From NCBI GenBank assembly GCA_040776965.1, contig JAXGZO010000001.1, positions 593,419-657,418 on the forward strand: 64,000 bases of DNA. The letters run 5' to 3'. The notes below the pieces were generated by a model. The model did no database searches. It was not told the DNA's origin and saw nothing but the letters and a program-made list of their open reading frames with translations. Origin of the DNA: Thermoleophilia bacterium (GTDB taxonomy: Bacteria > Actinomycetota > Thermoleophilia > UBA2241). Shown here one piece after another: positions 1 through 8,520 of the stretch. The position numbers and the translations under genes were made by a program. Position 1 is the first letter of the stretch. The number at the start of each line of letters is the position of its first letter.

Positions 1-1
1 T

Positions 2-247
2 GCCGTGGATGCACTCATCTCCTGGATCCGAGATCTCTGGGTGGTCGCCTGTGGTGGTCTCGATGTACTCTGGAACCGCGACTGCGCGGGGGAGCTCATG
101 CGGGCGGCCGTCGGCTCCCCCGACCACTACGCACAACTACTCGTCGCCCTCGGGCAGACGCGCAAGGATCTATCGTTTACTATCGATCAGAGGCTCGCGT
201 TACAGGCGTTGTTCGCGCGCTTCGAGGAGGTCGCTGAGAGTGGCTAG
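2..247 (+). CDS. 3' end of an upstream gene. Possibly the DNA polymerase III delta-prime (HolB) C-terminus, judged from its position before ricT/yaaT.
   Basis: ORF runs in from the window edge and stops at 245-247. The holB-yaaT neighbourhood is known from Bacillus. No catalytic motifs are visible in this fragment. Confidence 0.35.
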   Translation, partial: AVDALISWIRDLWVVACGGLDVLWNRDCAGELMRAAVGSPDHYAQLLVALGQTRKDLSFTIDQRLALQALFARFEEVAESG

Positions 248-1205
248 AATCGCCAGCGTCGTCTTTCGCAGCGGCGGCAAGATCTATCAGTTCGACGCCG
301 GTCAACTGGAGCTCGTGGCCGGCGACCACGTTATCGTCGACACCACACGCGGCGTGGATGTAGGCAAGCTCGTCGACGTTGTTCAGGAGATGCCGGACGA
401 ACAGGCGCCCGGCGGCCTCAAGCGTATCGTCCGCAAGATGACGGAGCGCGACCACGAGGCCGTCGCTTCGCGTCGCGAGGCCGAGGTGGAGGCCAAGCTC
501 GTCTGTCGTCGATTGGCCGAGGAGCTTAAGCTCGAGATGAAGATCATCGAGGCTCGCCAGGTCTTCGACGGTACGAAGATGATCGTCACCTTTTTTGCGG
601 AGGAGCGGGTCGACTTTCGCGAGCTCCTCGTCAAGGCTAACGACCGTCTTAAGCGGCGGATCGAGCTTAGGCAGGTCAGCGCCCGTGATGAGTCACGGAT
701 TGTAGGCGGCTACGGCCCCTGCGGCCGGCCGCTCTGTTGCGCCACCTTCGCCGGCGACCAGGAGCCCGTCTCCATTCGTATGGCAAAGGCGCAGAGCTTG
801 CCGCTCAACCCCACGAAGATCTCCGGGTGCTGTGGTCGCCTCATGTGCTGCCTGAAGTACGAGCACGAGACCTATCTCGCGTTTCAGCGGCGGGCTCCCA
901 AGCGCGGCGCTTTCGTGAAGACGCCGGAGGGAGAGGGGCGGGTCGTAGAGGTGCTCACCTCACGCGAGCGCGTCGCCGTCGACCACGGCGAGGGGCGCAC
1001 GGCCACGTATACGCTCGATGAGCTGGAGCGCCCGGCGGAGCGACCTTCCGAGCGGTCCACCGCTCGCCCCTCCGGTCAAGGCTCCGGCGGTCGACCCCCC
1101 GAGCGCCCCTCCGGCCGCCCCTCCGGTCGCTCTTCCGGCCGTGCTCCCGGACGTTCTGCGGGGCGGCCCGCCGAGCGTCGCCCCGAGAAGGGCGGGTCGG
1201 CCTAA
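240..1205 (+). CDS. ricT: PSP1-domain protein RicT/YaaT with a low-complexity RPSG-repeat C-terminal tail
   Basis: GTG at 240 is preceded by GAGGAGG at 224-230. The product aligns closely to B. subtilis YaaT (KIYxFD, GPCGRxLCC, PTKISGxCGRLMCCLKYE). An N-terminal extension from position 9 is unlikely. Confidence 0.85.
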   Translation: MARIASVVFRSGGKIYQFDAGQLELVAGDHVIVDTTRGVDVGKLVDVVQEMPDEQAPGGLKRIVRKMTERDHEAVASRREAEVEAKLVCRRLAEELKLEMKIIEARQVFDGTKMIVTFFAEERVDFRELLVKANDRLKRRIELRQVSARDESRIVGGYGPCGRPLCCATFAGDQEPVSIRMAKAQSLPLNPTKISGCCGRLMCCLKYEHETYLAFQRRAPKRGAFVKTPEGEGRVVEVLTSRERVAVDHGEGRTATYTLDELERPAERPSERSTARPSGQGSGGRPPERPSGRPSGRSSGRAPGRSAGRPAERRPEKGGSA

Positions 1206-1269
1206 CGAGCGCCGCCCCCGCTTGGCAAGACGCCGAGCTGCTGGTACCATACCCGCACGCTTTTCGCGT

Positions 1270-1345
1270 GGGCCGTTAGCTTAGTTGGTAGAGCAGGGGA
1301 CTCTTAATCCCAAGGTCGAAGGTTCGAATCCTTCACGGCCCACCA
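1270..1345 (+). tRNA. tRNA-Lys (anticodon CTT)
   Basis: Cloverleaf with acceptor gggccgt/acggccc, anticodon loop cuCUUaa and 3' CCA. Very similar to E. coli tRNA-Lys. Confidence 0.9.
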
Positions 1346-1847
1346 CCAAACGATGGTCGTCCTCAGCTGCAGTGCACACCATCCGCATCCGATGAGTACT
1401 CGTCGTCCTCCCCCTCGTTTTTATCACGGCATTTGCTGTGCTCTCTCCTTCGTTAGTTGCTGCGTCCGCAGGTGCCGCCGAGGCTCTCTCTCCTTCCGCC
1501 ACCTTCGCCCTCGGCCTCTTTGCTCTCACCGGCGGGGGCGTCAACTGGAGGCTGCAGGTCTCCGCCGCGACGAAACATCTCAACTCCACTTCCTGCACTA
1601 ACACCCTCAATCGCTCCACCGAGGCTGCGGGTGACGTGGAGAGGCAGAAGTCCTTCACCGTTACGGCACCAAGGCTAAGGGGGCTTACACCTACACCCTG
1701 GCGGCTGACGACGAGGCCGGCAACGCGCAGCGCGAGGCCGGCACTGCGAAGATCGGGGTGAAGTAGGGGGAAGAGGGCGCATGCGCCCAAACGCGCAAGG
1801 TTGTGGTTGCCCTTCGGCTTTCCCCTCTGGTATCGTGAAACTCACAT

Positions 1848-2546
1848 GTGGCACTTCTTCGCATCTCCCTCTATGCGTTCGCTCACTCCGTGAGCAACGG
1901 TCGTCCTTCATCGCGCTCGGGCGCGGGGCGACGCAGCCTGAAGGCGGCGTACACCGACGGCGCCAGGGCTCGCGTTTTGCGGTTGGGCGCCGTGCTGGCG
2001 AGGCGGGGGGTCACGGCCAACATGATCACCCTCACCGGCCTCCTCGTGCACTTCTTCGCGCTGCCACTCATTCTCACCGGGCGGTTTCTCGGGGCGGCGT
2101 GCATCTTCGCCCTGGCCGCCATCTGCGACCTCCTCGACGGTGCGGTGGCGCACGCCGGCGCCGGGGCGACTGTAGCCGGCGCTTTTTTGGACTCCACCAC
2201 CGACCGCATCTCCGAGCTCCTCGTGTTCGGCACGCTCGCCATCTTCTTCGCGCGCGCCGGTCGCTGGCCCGAGATGGTCGCCACACTCGTGTTCCTCGGA
2301 GCGGCGCAGATCGTCTCGTACGTACGCGCGCGCGCCGAGGCCCTCGGTACGGAGTGCAAGGTGGGGTTTATGTCGCGCCCCGAGCGGGTGGTGGGGTTAG
2401 GTCTCGGCTTTATCTTCAGTAGCTACGCCATCGCGGGCGTCAACGTGCTTACCTTCATGGTTTTTCTACTCGCTACGCTCACCACGCTCACCGCTGTGCA
2501 TCGCATCGTGTACGTGATGCGAAGGCTTCGCCGCATCCAAACCTGA
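1848..2546 (+). CDS. CDP-alcohol phosphatidyltransferase, phosphatidylinositol-phosphate synthase-like (PgsA1-like). Start uncertain, possibly GTG 1992.
   Basis: Shows the D-x2-D-G-x2-A-R...G-x3-D-x3-D signature ([11 protein letters not shown]...[11 protein letters not shown]). Aligns to M. tuberculosis PgsA1 (RVxLTPxxVT...ISYxRARAE). Lies immediately upstream of ino1. Confidence 0.75.
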   Translation: MALLRISLYAFAHSVSNGRPSSRSGAGRRSLKAAYTDGARARVLRLGAVLARRGVTANMITLTGLLVHFFALPLILTGRFLGAACIFALAAICDLLDGAVAHAGAGATVAGAFLDSTTDRISELLVFGTLAIFFARAGRWPEMVATLVFLGAAQIVSYVRARAEALGTECKVGFMSRPERVVGLGLGFIFSSYAIAGVNVLTFMVFLLATLTTLTAVHRIVYVMRRLRRIQT

Positions 2547-2694
2547 GCTCGCGCCTCACCCTCGTACCCTCCCTCTTGAGCGTGGGTCGCGTGGTATACT
2601 CGCCTTCGTTCTCATTAGCCCTCGGTGTGTCCATTATCCGAGGTTCGCGAATTCAAGCGGTCGATCGACCGTGTTATGTGGAGGTTTACCGATC

Positions 2695-3798
2695 TTGGGC
2701 AATCCAGTGCGCGTCGCGATCATCGGCGTTGGCAACTGTGCTTCGTCGTTCATTCAGGGTGTTGAGTTTTATAAAAACGCGAAGAAGACCGACTTCGTAC
2801 CCGGCCTCATGCACCCCGTGCTCGGCGGGTATCACATCAGCGATATTGAGTTCGTAGCGGCTATCGACATCGATAAGCGCAAAGTCGGTCTCGACCTCAG
2901 TGACGCGATCTTTAAGGCCCCTAACAACACCGTGAAGTTCTGCGATGTGCCGAAGAAAGGCGTCCAGGTGGTGCGCGGCATGACGCACGATGGCCTCGGC
3001 AAATACCTCTCGGAGGTTATCGAAAAGGCTCCGGGTTCCACCGCCGATATCGCCGGTATCCTCAAGGAGACGCAGACCGATGTGGTGGTTAACTACCTGC
3101 CGGTGGGGAGCGAGCAGGCCACGAAGTGGTACGCCGAGCAGATCCTCGCGGCCGGCTGTGCCATGGTCAACTGCGTCCCCGTCTTCATCGCCCGCGAGCC
3201 GTACTGGCAGCGCCGTTTCGTAGAGGCCGGTGTGCCCATAGTGGGCGACGACATCAAGAGTCAGGTGGGCGCCACCATTGTGCACCGCGTGCTCACCCGT
3301 CTCATGCGCGAGCGCGGCGTTAAGCTCGAGCGCACCAGCCAACTCAACGTAGGCGGCAACACCGACTTTCTCAATATGCTCGAGCGCGAGCGCCTCGAGA
3401 GCAAGAAGATCAGCAAGACGAACGCGGTGACGAGCCAGCTCGACTACGATATGGGTGCCAAAAACGTCCACATCGGTCCGAGCGACTACGTGGAGTGGCT
3501 CGACGATCGTAAGTGGGCGTACGTGCGCATGGAGGGTCGTACCTTCGGCGATGTGCCGCTCAACATCGAGCTCAAGCTCGAGGTCGTGGACTCCCCCAAC
3601 AGCGCGGGTATCGTGATCGACGCCGTGCGGTGTGCCAAGATCGGGCTGGACCGCGGTCTCGCCGGCTCGCTTGAGGGCCCCAGCAGCTACTTTATGAAGT
3701 CGCCGCCGGTGCAACACCCCGACGACGTCTGCCGCCGCATGACCGAGGAGTTCATCGCCGGAGAGGGCGCCGGCGCGACCGCAGTCTGCCAGGGCTGA
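2695..3798 (+). CDS. ino1: myo-inositol-1-phosphate synthase (MIPS/Ino1)
   Basis: TTG at 2695 sits 10 nt after GGAGG (2680-2684). Near-colinear identity to mycobacterial Ino1 ([22 protein letters not shown], [17 protein letters not shown], [26 protein letters not shown], SPNSAGxxIDAVR). Confidence 0.92.
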   Translation: MGNPVRVAIIGVGNCASSFIQGVEFYKNAKKTDFVPGLMHPVLGGYHISDIEFVAAIDIDKRKVGLDLSDAIFKAPNNTVKFCDVPKKGVQVVRGMTHDGLGKYLSEVIEKAPGSTADIAGILKETQTDVVVNYLPVGSEQATKWYAEQILAAGCAMVNCVPVFIAREPYWQRRFVEAGVPIVGDDIKSQVGATIVHRVLTRLMRERGVKLERTSQLNVGGNTDFLNMLERERLESKKISKTNAVTSQLDYDMGAKNVHIGPSDYVEWLDDRKWAYVRMEGRTFGDVPLNIELKLEVVDSPNSAGIVIDAVRCAKIGLDRGLAGSLEGPSSYFMKSPPVQHPDDVCRRMTEEFIAGEGAGATAVCQG

Positions 3799-3833
3799 AC
3801 CGCGTACGCGCGGGCGCGCGGCCCCGTCTTTCC

Positions 3834-5729
3834 GTGAAGAGCCTTAAGATCGGCGTCTTTACCCCCTTCTCGTGGGGGTCGACATCGGGCGTTAACAGGC
3901 AGGTCCAGGCGCTCGTCGGCCGACTCACCGCGCGCGGCCACCGTGTGACGGTGATCGCCCCCGGCACCGGCCACCTCCTGGCCGCCGAGACGGGGCGGCG
4001 GGTGAGTGGGTTTTTGGCCGGCGAGCGTTCGGCGCCATTCTCGCCGGATGCCCCGTACCCCCGGCTCTTCCTCCTCGACCCGGCGTACGCCGTCCGCGAG
4101 GCTCGCCGTCAGCAACTCTCCTTCGCAGCCTCGGCCGGGTTCGTGCCCGAGATCGCCGCACTGCTCTCGGCGGAGGACTTCGACCTTTTGCACCTCCACG
4201 AGCCGTTCGTCTCGGGGGTCGGGCCGGCGATCGTGCGGCACGCGATGTGTCCGGTGGTCGCGAGTCTCTACGACGACCCCGAGCGTTTAGAATCGTTTCG
4301 GGGAGCTCGCCAGCGGATGCAAGAGCTCTTCGACTCCCTCGACGAGGCGATCGCCGTCTCGGGTGTCGCGCGCGACGCCGCTGCGCTCGCCCTCCCGGGT
4401 CCGTACCGCGTGGTCCCACTCGGCGTCGATCTCGACGCTTTCTTTCCGGATGACGACGAGGCCTCCGGCCCCCTTCGGCTGGTCTTTAGCGGGCGGGATC
4501 CTCGTCGTCAAGGGCTCAGCGTCCTCCTGCAGGCGCTGCGCAACCTCGTAGATCTCGCCCCATCGGTCACGCTCGACGTGTACGGCGCTGGCTCCTTTGA
4601 GCGGCGCTACGCGCGGCTTATCCCCCCGGCGTTCGCTGACCGCATTACCTTTCATCGAGGGGAGCCGAAGGGGGCGCGGCCGGAGGCCTTTCGCCAAGCC
4701 GATATCGTCTGCGTGCCCTCGCTCGCCCCCGCTATCGCCGAGGTGACGGTGCTCGAGGCGATGGCGAGTGGCGCCGCTGTGGTCGCCTCGGCCGTCCCGG
4801 AGCACGAGGAGATCGTGCAGCACGGCCGCAACGGCCTGCTGGTGCGGCCGCGCGATTCGGTCAAGCTCTCCGCCGCGCTCCGCGAGCTCATCGTCGACGC
4901 CCCTCTTCGGAGACGGCTCGTTGCTCAGGCTCATTGCGACGTGCAGCAGTACGGCTGGGATCGTGTGCTCGACGAGCTCTGCTCGTGCTACGGCGCGGCG
5001 GCGCGGCGGCGAAAACCACCTTCGCTTCGTCCCGCTCATCGGCGTCAGCTGCTCGCCGACCTCCACGTGCATAGTTGCCACAGCAAGGATTCCATCGCCC
5101 CGGTGAAGGGTATCCTCGAGCGCGCCCACGCGGTGGGGCTCGACGTGGTGGCGATCACCGACCACGACACCGTGGAGGGCGGCCTTGAGGCGCGCGAGAT
5201 CGCCGACCGTTACGGCGTGCGCGTGATCGTGGGCGAGGAGATCATGACGAGCGAGGGCGAGGTCATAGGCCTCTTTTTGGAGCACACGATCCCACCCGGT
5301 ATGAGCTTCGTCGAGACGATCGCGGCGATCAAAGAGCAGGGAGGGGTGGTCACGGTGCCGCACCCGTTCGACCGGCTCCACAAGGTGCCCAGTCCTCGGC
5401 TTTTGCGCGAGAACGTCGCCGAGATCGACGCCATCGAGGTCTTTAACTCGCGGCTCTTGCTGCCGCGGTGCAACGACCTCGCTGAGCAGTTCGCCCGTCG
5501 CTACCGGCTACCGGCCGTCGCCGGGAGCGACGCTCACGTGCTCCCCGGCATCGGGACGGCGTTCTGCGGCATCGAGGAGTTTGATGGGGCGGAGGACTTC
5601 GTCGCCGCCCTCGCCGAGAGCACTATCGTGCGCCGCCCACGTAGTCTCATGTATCTGCAGTCACTTAAGTTCATCCAGACAAAACTCGTGCCCGCACGCA
5701 TCGGCGACCGAGAGGGTCAGCCAGCCTAG
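3834..5729 (+). CDS. Fusion protein: N-terminal GT4 glycosyltransferase (PimA-like) and C-terminal PHP-family metal-dependent phosphoesterase
   Basis: N-terminus has the GT4 fold and EX7E-like region (VVASAVPEHEEIVQHGRNGLLV). C-terminus has PHP motifs (DLHVHSxHSKDS, ITDHDTVEG, PHPFDR, GSDAHV). GTG start. No clear RBS. Confidence 0.8.
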   Translation: MKSLKIGVFTPFSWGSTSGVNRQVQALVGRLTARGHRVTVIAPGTGHLLAAETGRRVSGFLAGERSAPFSPDAPYPRLFLLDPAYAVREARRQQLSFAASAGFVPEIAALLSAEDFDLLHLHEPFVSGVGPAIVRHAMCPVVASLYDDPERLESFRGARQRMQELFDSLDEAIAVSGVARDAAALALPGPYRVVPLGVDLDAFFPDDDEASGPLRLVFSGRDPRRQGLSVLLQALRNLVDLAPSVTLDVYGAGSFERRYARLIPPAFADRITFHRGEPKGARPEAFRQADIVCVPSLAPAIAEVTVLEAMASGAAVVASAVPEHEEIVQHGRNGLLVRPRDSVKLSAALRELIVDAPLRRRLVAQAHCDVQQYGWDRVLDELCSCYGAAARRRKPPSLRPAHRRQLLADLHVHSCHSKDSIAPVKGILERAHAVGLDVVAITDHDTVEGGLEAREIADRYGVRVIVGEEIMTSEGEVIGLFLEHTIPPGMSFVETIAAIKEQGGVVTVPHPFDRLHKVPSPRLLRENVAEIDAIEVFNSRLLLPRCNDLAEQFARRYRLPAVAGSDAHVLPGIGTAFCGIEEFDGAEDFVAALAESTIVRRPRSLMYLQSLKFIQTKLVPARIGDREGQPA

Positions 5730-5823
5730 CGCGATGCCTTTTCCCTCCTCGTTCGCGCTGTTGCGAGGGATTCACCTCTGTGGGGCGAACACCTAACGGT
5801 ACCTTGTGAAGTGAGGCAGAGGC

Positions 5824-6426
5824 GTGGCACAACCCAGCGAGATCTACGACAAATACCTTGCGCGGGCGATCGCTGAGATCAACGAGCTCACCGGCGAGAT
5901 TCTTCATTGCTCTCGCTGTAAGTACACGCGGATGATGCCGGTCATCGGCTCCGGGCACCCCATGGCCGACGTCTTTTTGGTGAAGTACCGCGTACGCCCC
6001 TCGGAGTTGCAAGAGGGTGTCGCCTTCTTCGGGCGCGCGGGCTCGGCGCTCATGAAGAGCTGTCAGCGCCTCAAGGTGGACCCCCTGCAGATCTACGGCA
6101 CCAACGTCATTAAGTGCAACCACCTGCGCGGGGTGCGCCCGGAGGGGCACTGCCTCGACCACCTTCGTCGCGAGCTGGCTGTGGTGGGCCCCAAGCTCGT
6201 CGTCGCTATGGGGAGCGAGACGGTCGATGCGCTCAACGCGGCCGAGGTGCCGCTCGCGAGCCCGCTCACGTACCAGCCGGGTGAGATCCTCGAGTTCACA
6301 CCGGGCGTGGAGGCTCTCATCACCCCCGACATCGACCTCTGTCTCGACGAGCAGCGCCTCAAGGCTTCCTTCTGGAGCGCCTTCCGCCGGCTCGGGGATT
6401 GGTACGCAGACACACCGCCGTTTTAG
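5824..6426 (+). CDS. Uracil-DNA glycosylase superfamily protein (family 4/5-like)
   Basis: CxxC near the N-terminus, a GxGxPxAxxxxV(G/K) region (IGSGHPMADVFLVKYR) and size around 200 aa. GTG start. Confidence 0.65.
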   Translation: MAQPSEIYDKYLARAIAEINELTGEILHCSRCKYTRMMPVIGSGHPMADVFLVKYRVRPSELQEGVAFFGRAGSALMKSCQRLKVDPLQIYGTNVIKCNHLRGVRPEGHCLDHLRRELAVVGPKLVVAMGSETVDALNAAEVPLASPLTYQPGEILEFTPGVEALITPDIDLCLDEQRLKASFWSAFRRLGDWYADTPPF

Positions 6427-6429
6427 CGT

Positions 6430-7197
6430 ATGCTGAGCCGCCGGCCCGAAGCGTCCGAGTGCACCTCCTCGCGTTCGCTCCTCTCCGGGCGGCGTATCGC
6501 GCTCGCCTGTGCGGCCGCCGCGCTGATCGCGGCGTGGGGGGCGGGTAGCGGTTGGCTCCCCGTGCTCGCCGACGCGCCCAACGCCTTGATCTCCTCGGCC
6601 GTGGTGCTCTCCCTCGCCGGCCTCTTCGTCTGGGCCCTCCTGCCGCTCCAGGCGCTCGGCCGGCGCCTTCCGCTCGTCACCGTGGTGGCGCTGCCGCTCG
6701 CCGTGCTCTTGGTCTGGCTCGGCTGGATCCCACTCGCCAACGTCGCCAAGGTGCTCGCGGCGGCTGCGCTCGGCATCTGGATCGCCTTCGAGATAGAGCA
6801 GCTCAGCTGGATCGTCGCGGTGGCCGCCGTCTCCACGCTCGTCGACATCATGAGCGTTGCCGTGGGGCCCACCAAGGCTATCCTCGGCCAGGGGCCGGTC
6901 GTGGTGGGGTACTTCACCGTCGCCATCACCTGGATGGGCTACGCCTTTACGGAGGGGTACTCGGGGTTGGGGGTGAGCGACGTGATCTTCTTCGCGCTCT
7001 ACCTCGGCGCCGCGCAGCGGTTCGGCTTGCGGGTGGGGTGGAGTGCGGTGGCCATGGTGGCCTCGTTTCTCGTCACGCTCGCCGTGGCGTTGTGGTGGCG
7101 GGCACTGCCGGCGCTGCCGCTGCTCGCCGTGGCCTTTTTGTGCACCAATGCCGATTTAATCTGGGCCCGCCTGCGGCGGCCCGGGCCAGCGGTGTAG
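6430..7197 (+). CDS. Integral membrane protein (multi-TM), unknown function
   Basis: ATG at 6430 overlaps the preceding stop. Highly hydrophobic with GC-rich codon usage. The alternate frame 6552-7301 is Arg/Ala-rich and rejected. Confidence 0.55.
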   Translation: MLSRRPEASECTSSRSLLSGRRIALACAAAALIAAWGAGSGWLPVLADAPNALISSAVVLSLAGLFVWALLPLQALGRRLPLVTVVALPLAVLLVWLGWIPLANVAKVLAAAALGIWIAFEIEQLSWIVAVAAVSTLVDIMSVAVGPTKAILGQGPVVVGYFTVAITWMGYAFTEGYSGLGVSDVIFFALYLGAAQRFGLRVGWSAVAMVASFLVTLAVALWWRALPALPLLAVAFLCTNADLIWARLRRPGPAV

Positions 7198-7233
7198 CAG
7201 CTCCGCTCTTGTGTCGCGAGTGCGCGGAGCGAC

Positions 7234-8379
7234 TTAGAGGTCGGCGAAGTGCTCCGGGGTGCCCTCGTAGGCGACCACGTTATTTTTGCCACTCCGCTTA
7301 GCCTTGTACATCATCTCGTCGGCGATCTTTACGAGAGCGTCAACGCCCATGTGGGCGGGGGCATTAACAAAGCCCACGCTGCAGGTGAGGGTGCCGATAG
7401 TTGCGAAGGTGTGGGCCTCCACCTCTGAGCGCACGCGCTCCGCAATCGTTGCTATCGTGGTGCTCGGTGTATCGGGCATGAGCAGGAGAAACTCCTCTCC
7501 GCCCCAGCGAATGATGCCGTCGTCCATCCTGAGGCACTCGCGCAGGAGGGCTGCGAACTCTATGAGCGTCTCGTCGCCGACCTCGTGGCCGTAGGTGTCG
7601 TTGATGGTTTTAAAGTTGTCGATGTCGAACAGGATGGCGGCTATCATGTGCTTCGCTTTATTGTTCTCCGTGAGCTCTTTGACCCTGTAGGAATACCAGG
7701 TACGGTTATTGAGTCCGGTGAGCTTGTCGGTGACAGACATGCGCTCAAGTTCCTTTTGCTGCACGTATTTTTCGCGCTTCGATATATTGCTTGTGCGTTT
7801 AAACCAGGATAAAAATACTATTGCAAGAACGAGATAAGATACAGACTGTACGTAGTCGATCTTGTCTTTACTGTGAAGTGTAAAGAAGCTTGCTGCTATA
7901 AATGCGAGTGCAGCGAGCGTATTCATGATGGAGAATCGAGTCCACTGTATGTGGAATACAGAGGTGAATATCATCATGAGCATTATTGCCGATACCTGAT
8001 ATGGATAGTCCTGATAATCAAGAGCTATAATCATATAGGAATAAGTCAGCATTATTGTGAGCAATGCGATCACTATACATATATCAAGCAATGTATAGCT
8101 ATTGACACGCTTAATGACCCTGCTGATGATTACACAAACAAGAAGATCAACGGTTCGCGCCGCGATAGAATGAGCTATATCTTGCGGTGGCGCCTCGTAG
8201 TCGAGCAGGAAGAAAACTAAAAATATAAGCCCGGCATAAAGGATGAGTCGCGCAGTTCTCGCTTTAGTCTCGAGTACGAGGGAGTCGCCGTATGCGCGCT
8301 CGAGCTCGGTGTCGTTAAACTTGCCCCAGGCGTTGATGTAGTCGGGGCGCCTTCTGAAGATCGAGTTGCCGAGTATCAT
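7234..8379 (-). CDS. Membrane-anchored diguanylate cyclase (multi-TM N-terminal domain plus GGDEF domain with GGEEF active site)
   Basis: Carries RxGGEEF, an I-site-like RxxD, DxLTGLxNR and KxAKRSGKN. The N-terminal half is polytopic membrane. ATG at 8379. Confidence 0.85.
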   Translation of the reverse strand: MILGNSIFRRRPDYINAWGKFNDTELERAYGDSLVLETKARTARLILYAGLIFLVFFLLDYEAPPQDIAHSIAARTVDLLVCVIISRVIKRVNSYTLLDICIVIALLTIMLTYSYMIIALDYQDYPYQVSAIMLMMIFTSVFHIQWTRFSIMNTLAALAFIAASFFTLHSKDKIDYVQSVSYLVLAIVFLSWFKRTSNISKREKYVQQKELERMSVTDKLTGLNNRTWYSYRVKELTENNKAKHMIAAILFDIDNFKTINDTYGHEVGDETLIEFAALLRECLRMDDGIIRWGGEEFLLLMPDTPSTTIATIAERVRSEVEAHTFATIGTLTCSVGFVNAPAHMGVDALVKIADEMMYKAKRSGKNNVVAYEGTPEHFADL

Positions 8380-8520
8380 GAACAGCCGCCTGCCGGATCT
8401 TCCTGCGAAAATAATCTTATCTCGGAGTCGGCCTCGGCGCTATTTTTTTAACCCGCGCTCGTGGGATGCTCGGCGATTTGTGGAGGTGGGCGCGGGCGCC
8501 GTGTCGTTTCTGCGAACGTC

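Noticed and set aside
1781-2422. Alternate-frame ORF 1781..2422 overlapping the CDP-alcohol phosphatidyltransferase, and 6552..7301 overlapping the membrane protein
   Set aside because: Their Arg/His/Gly-rich products have no TM segments or motifs. The chosen frames give the conserved transferase signature and a coherent TM protein.
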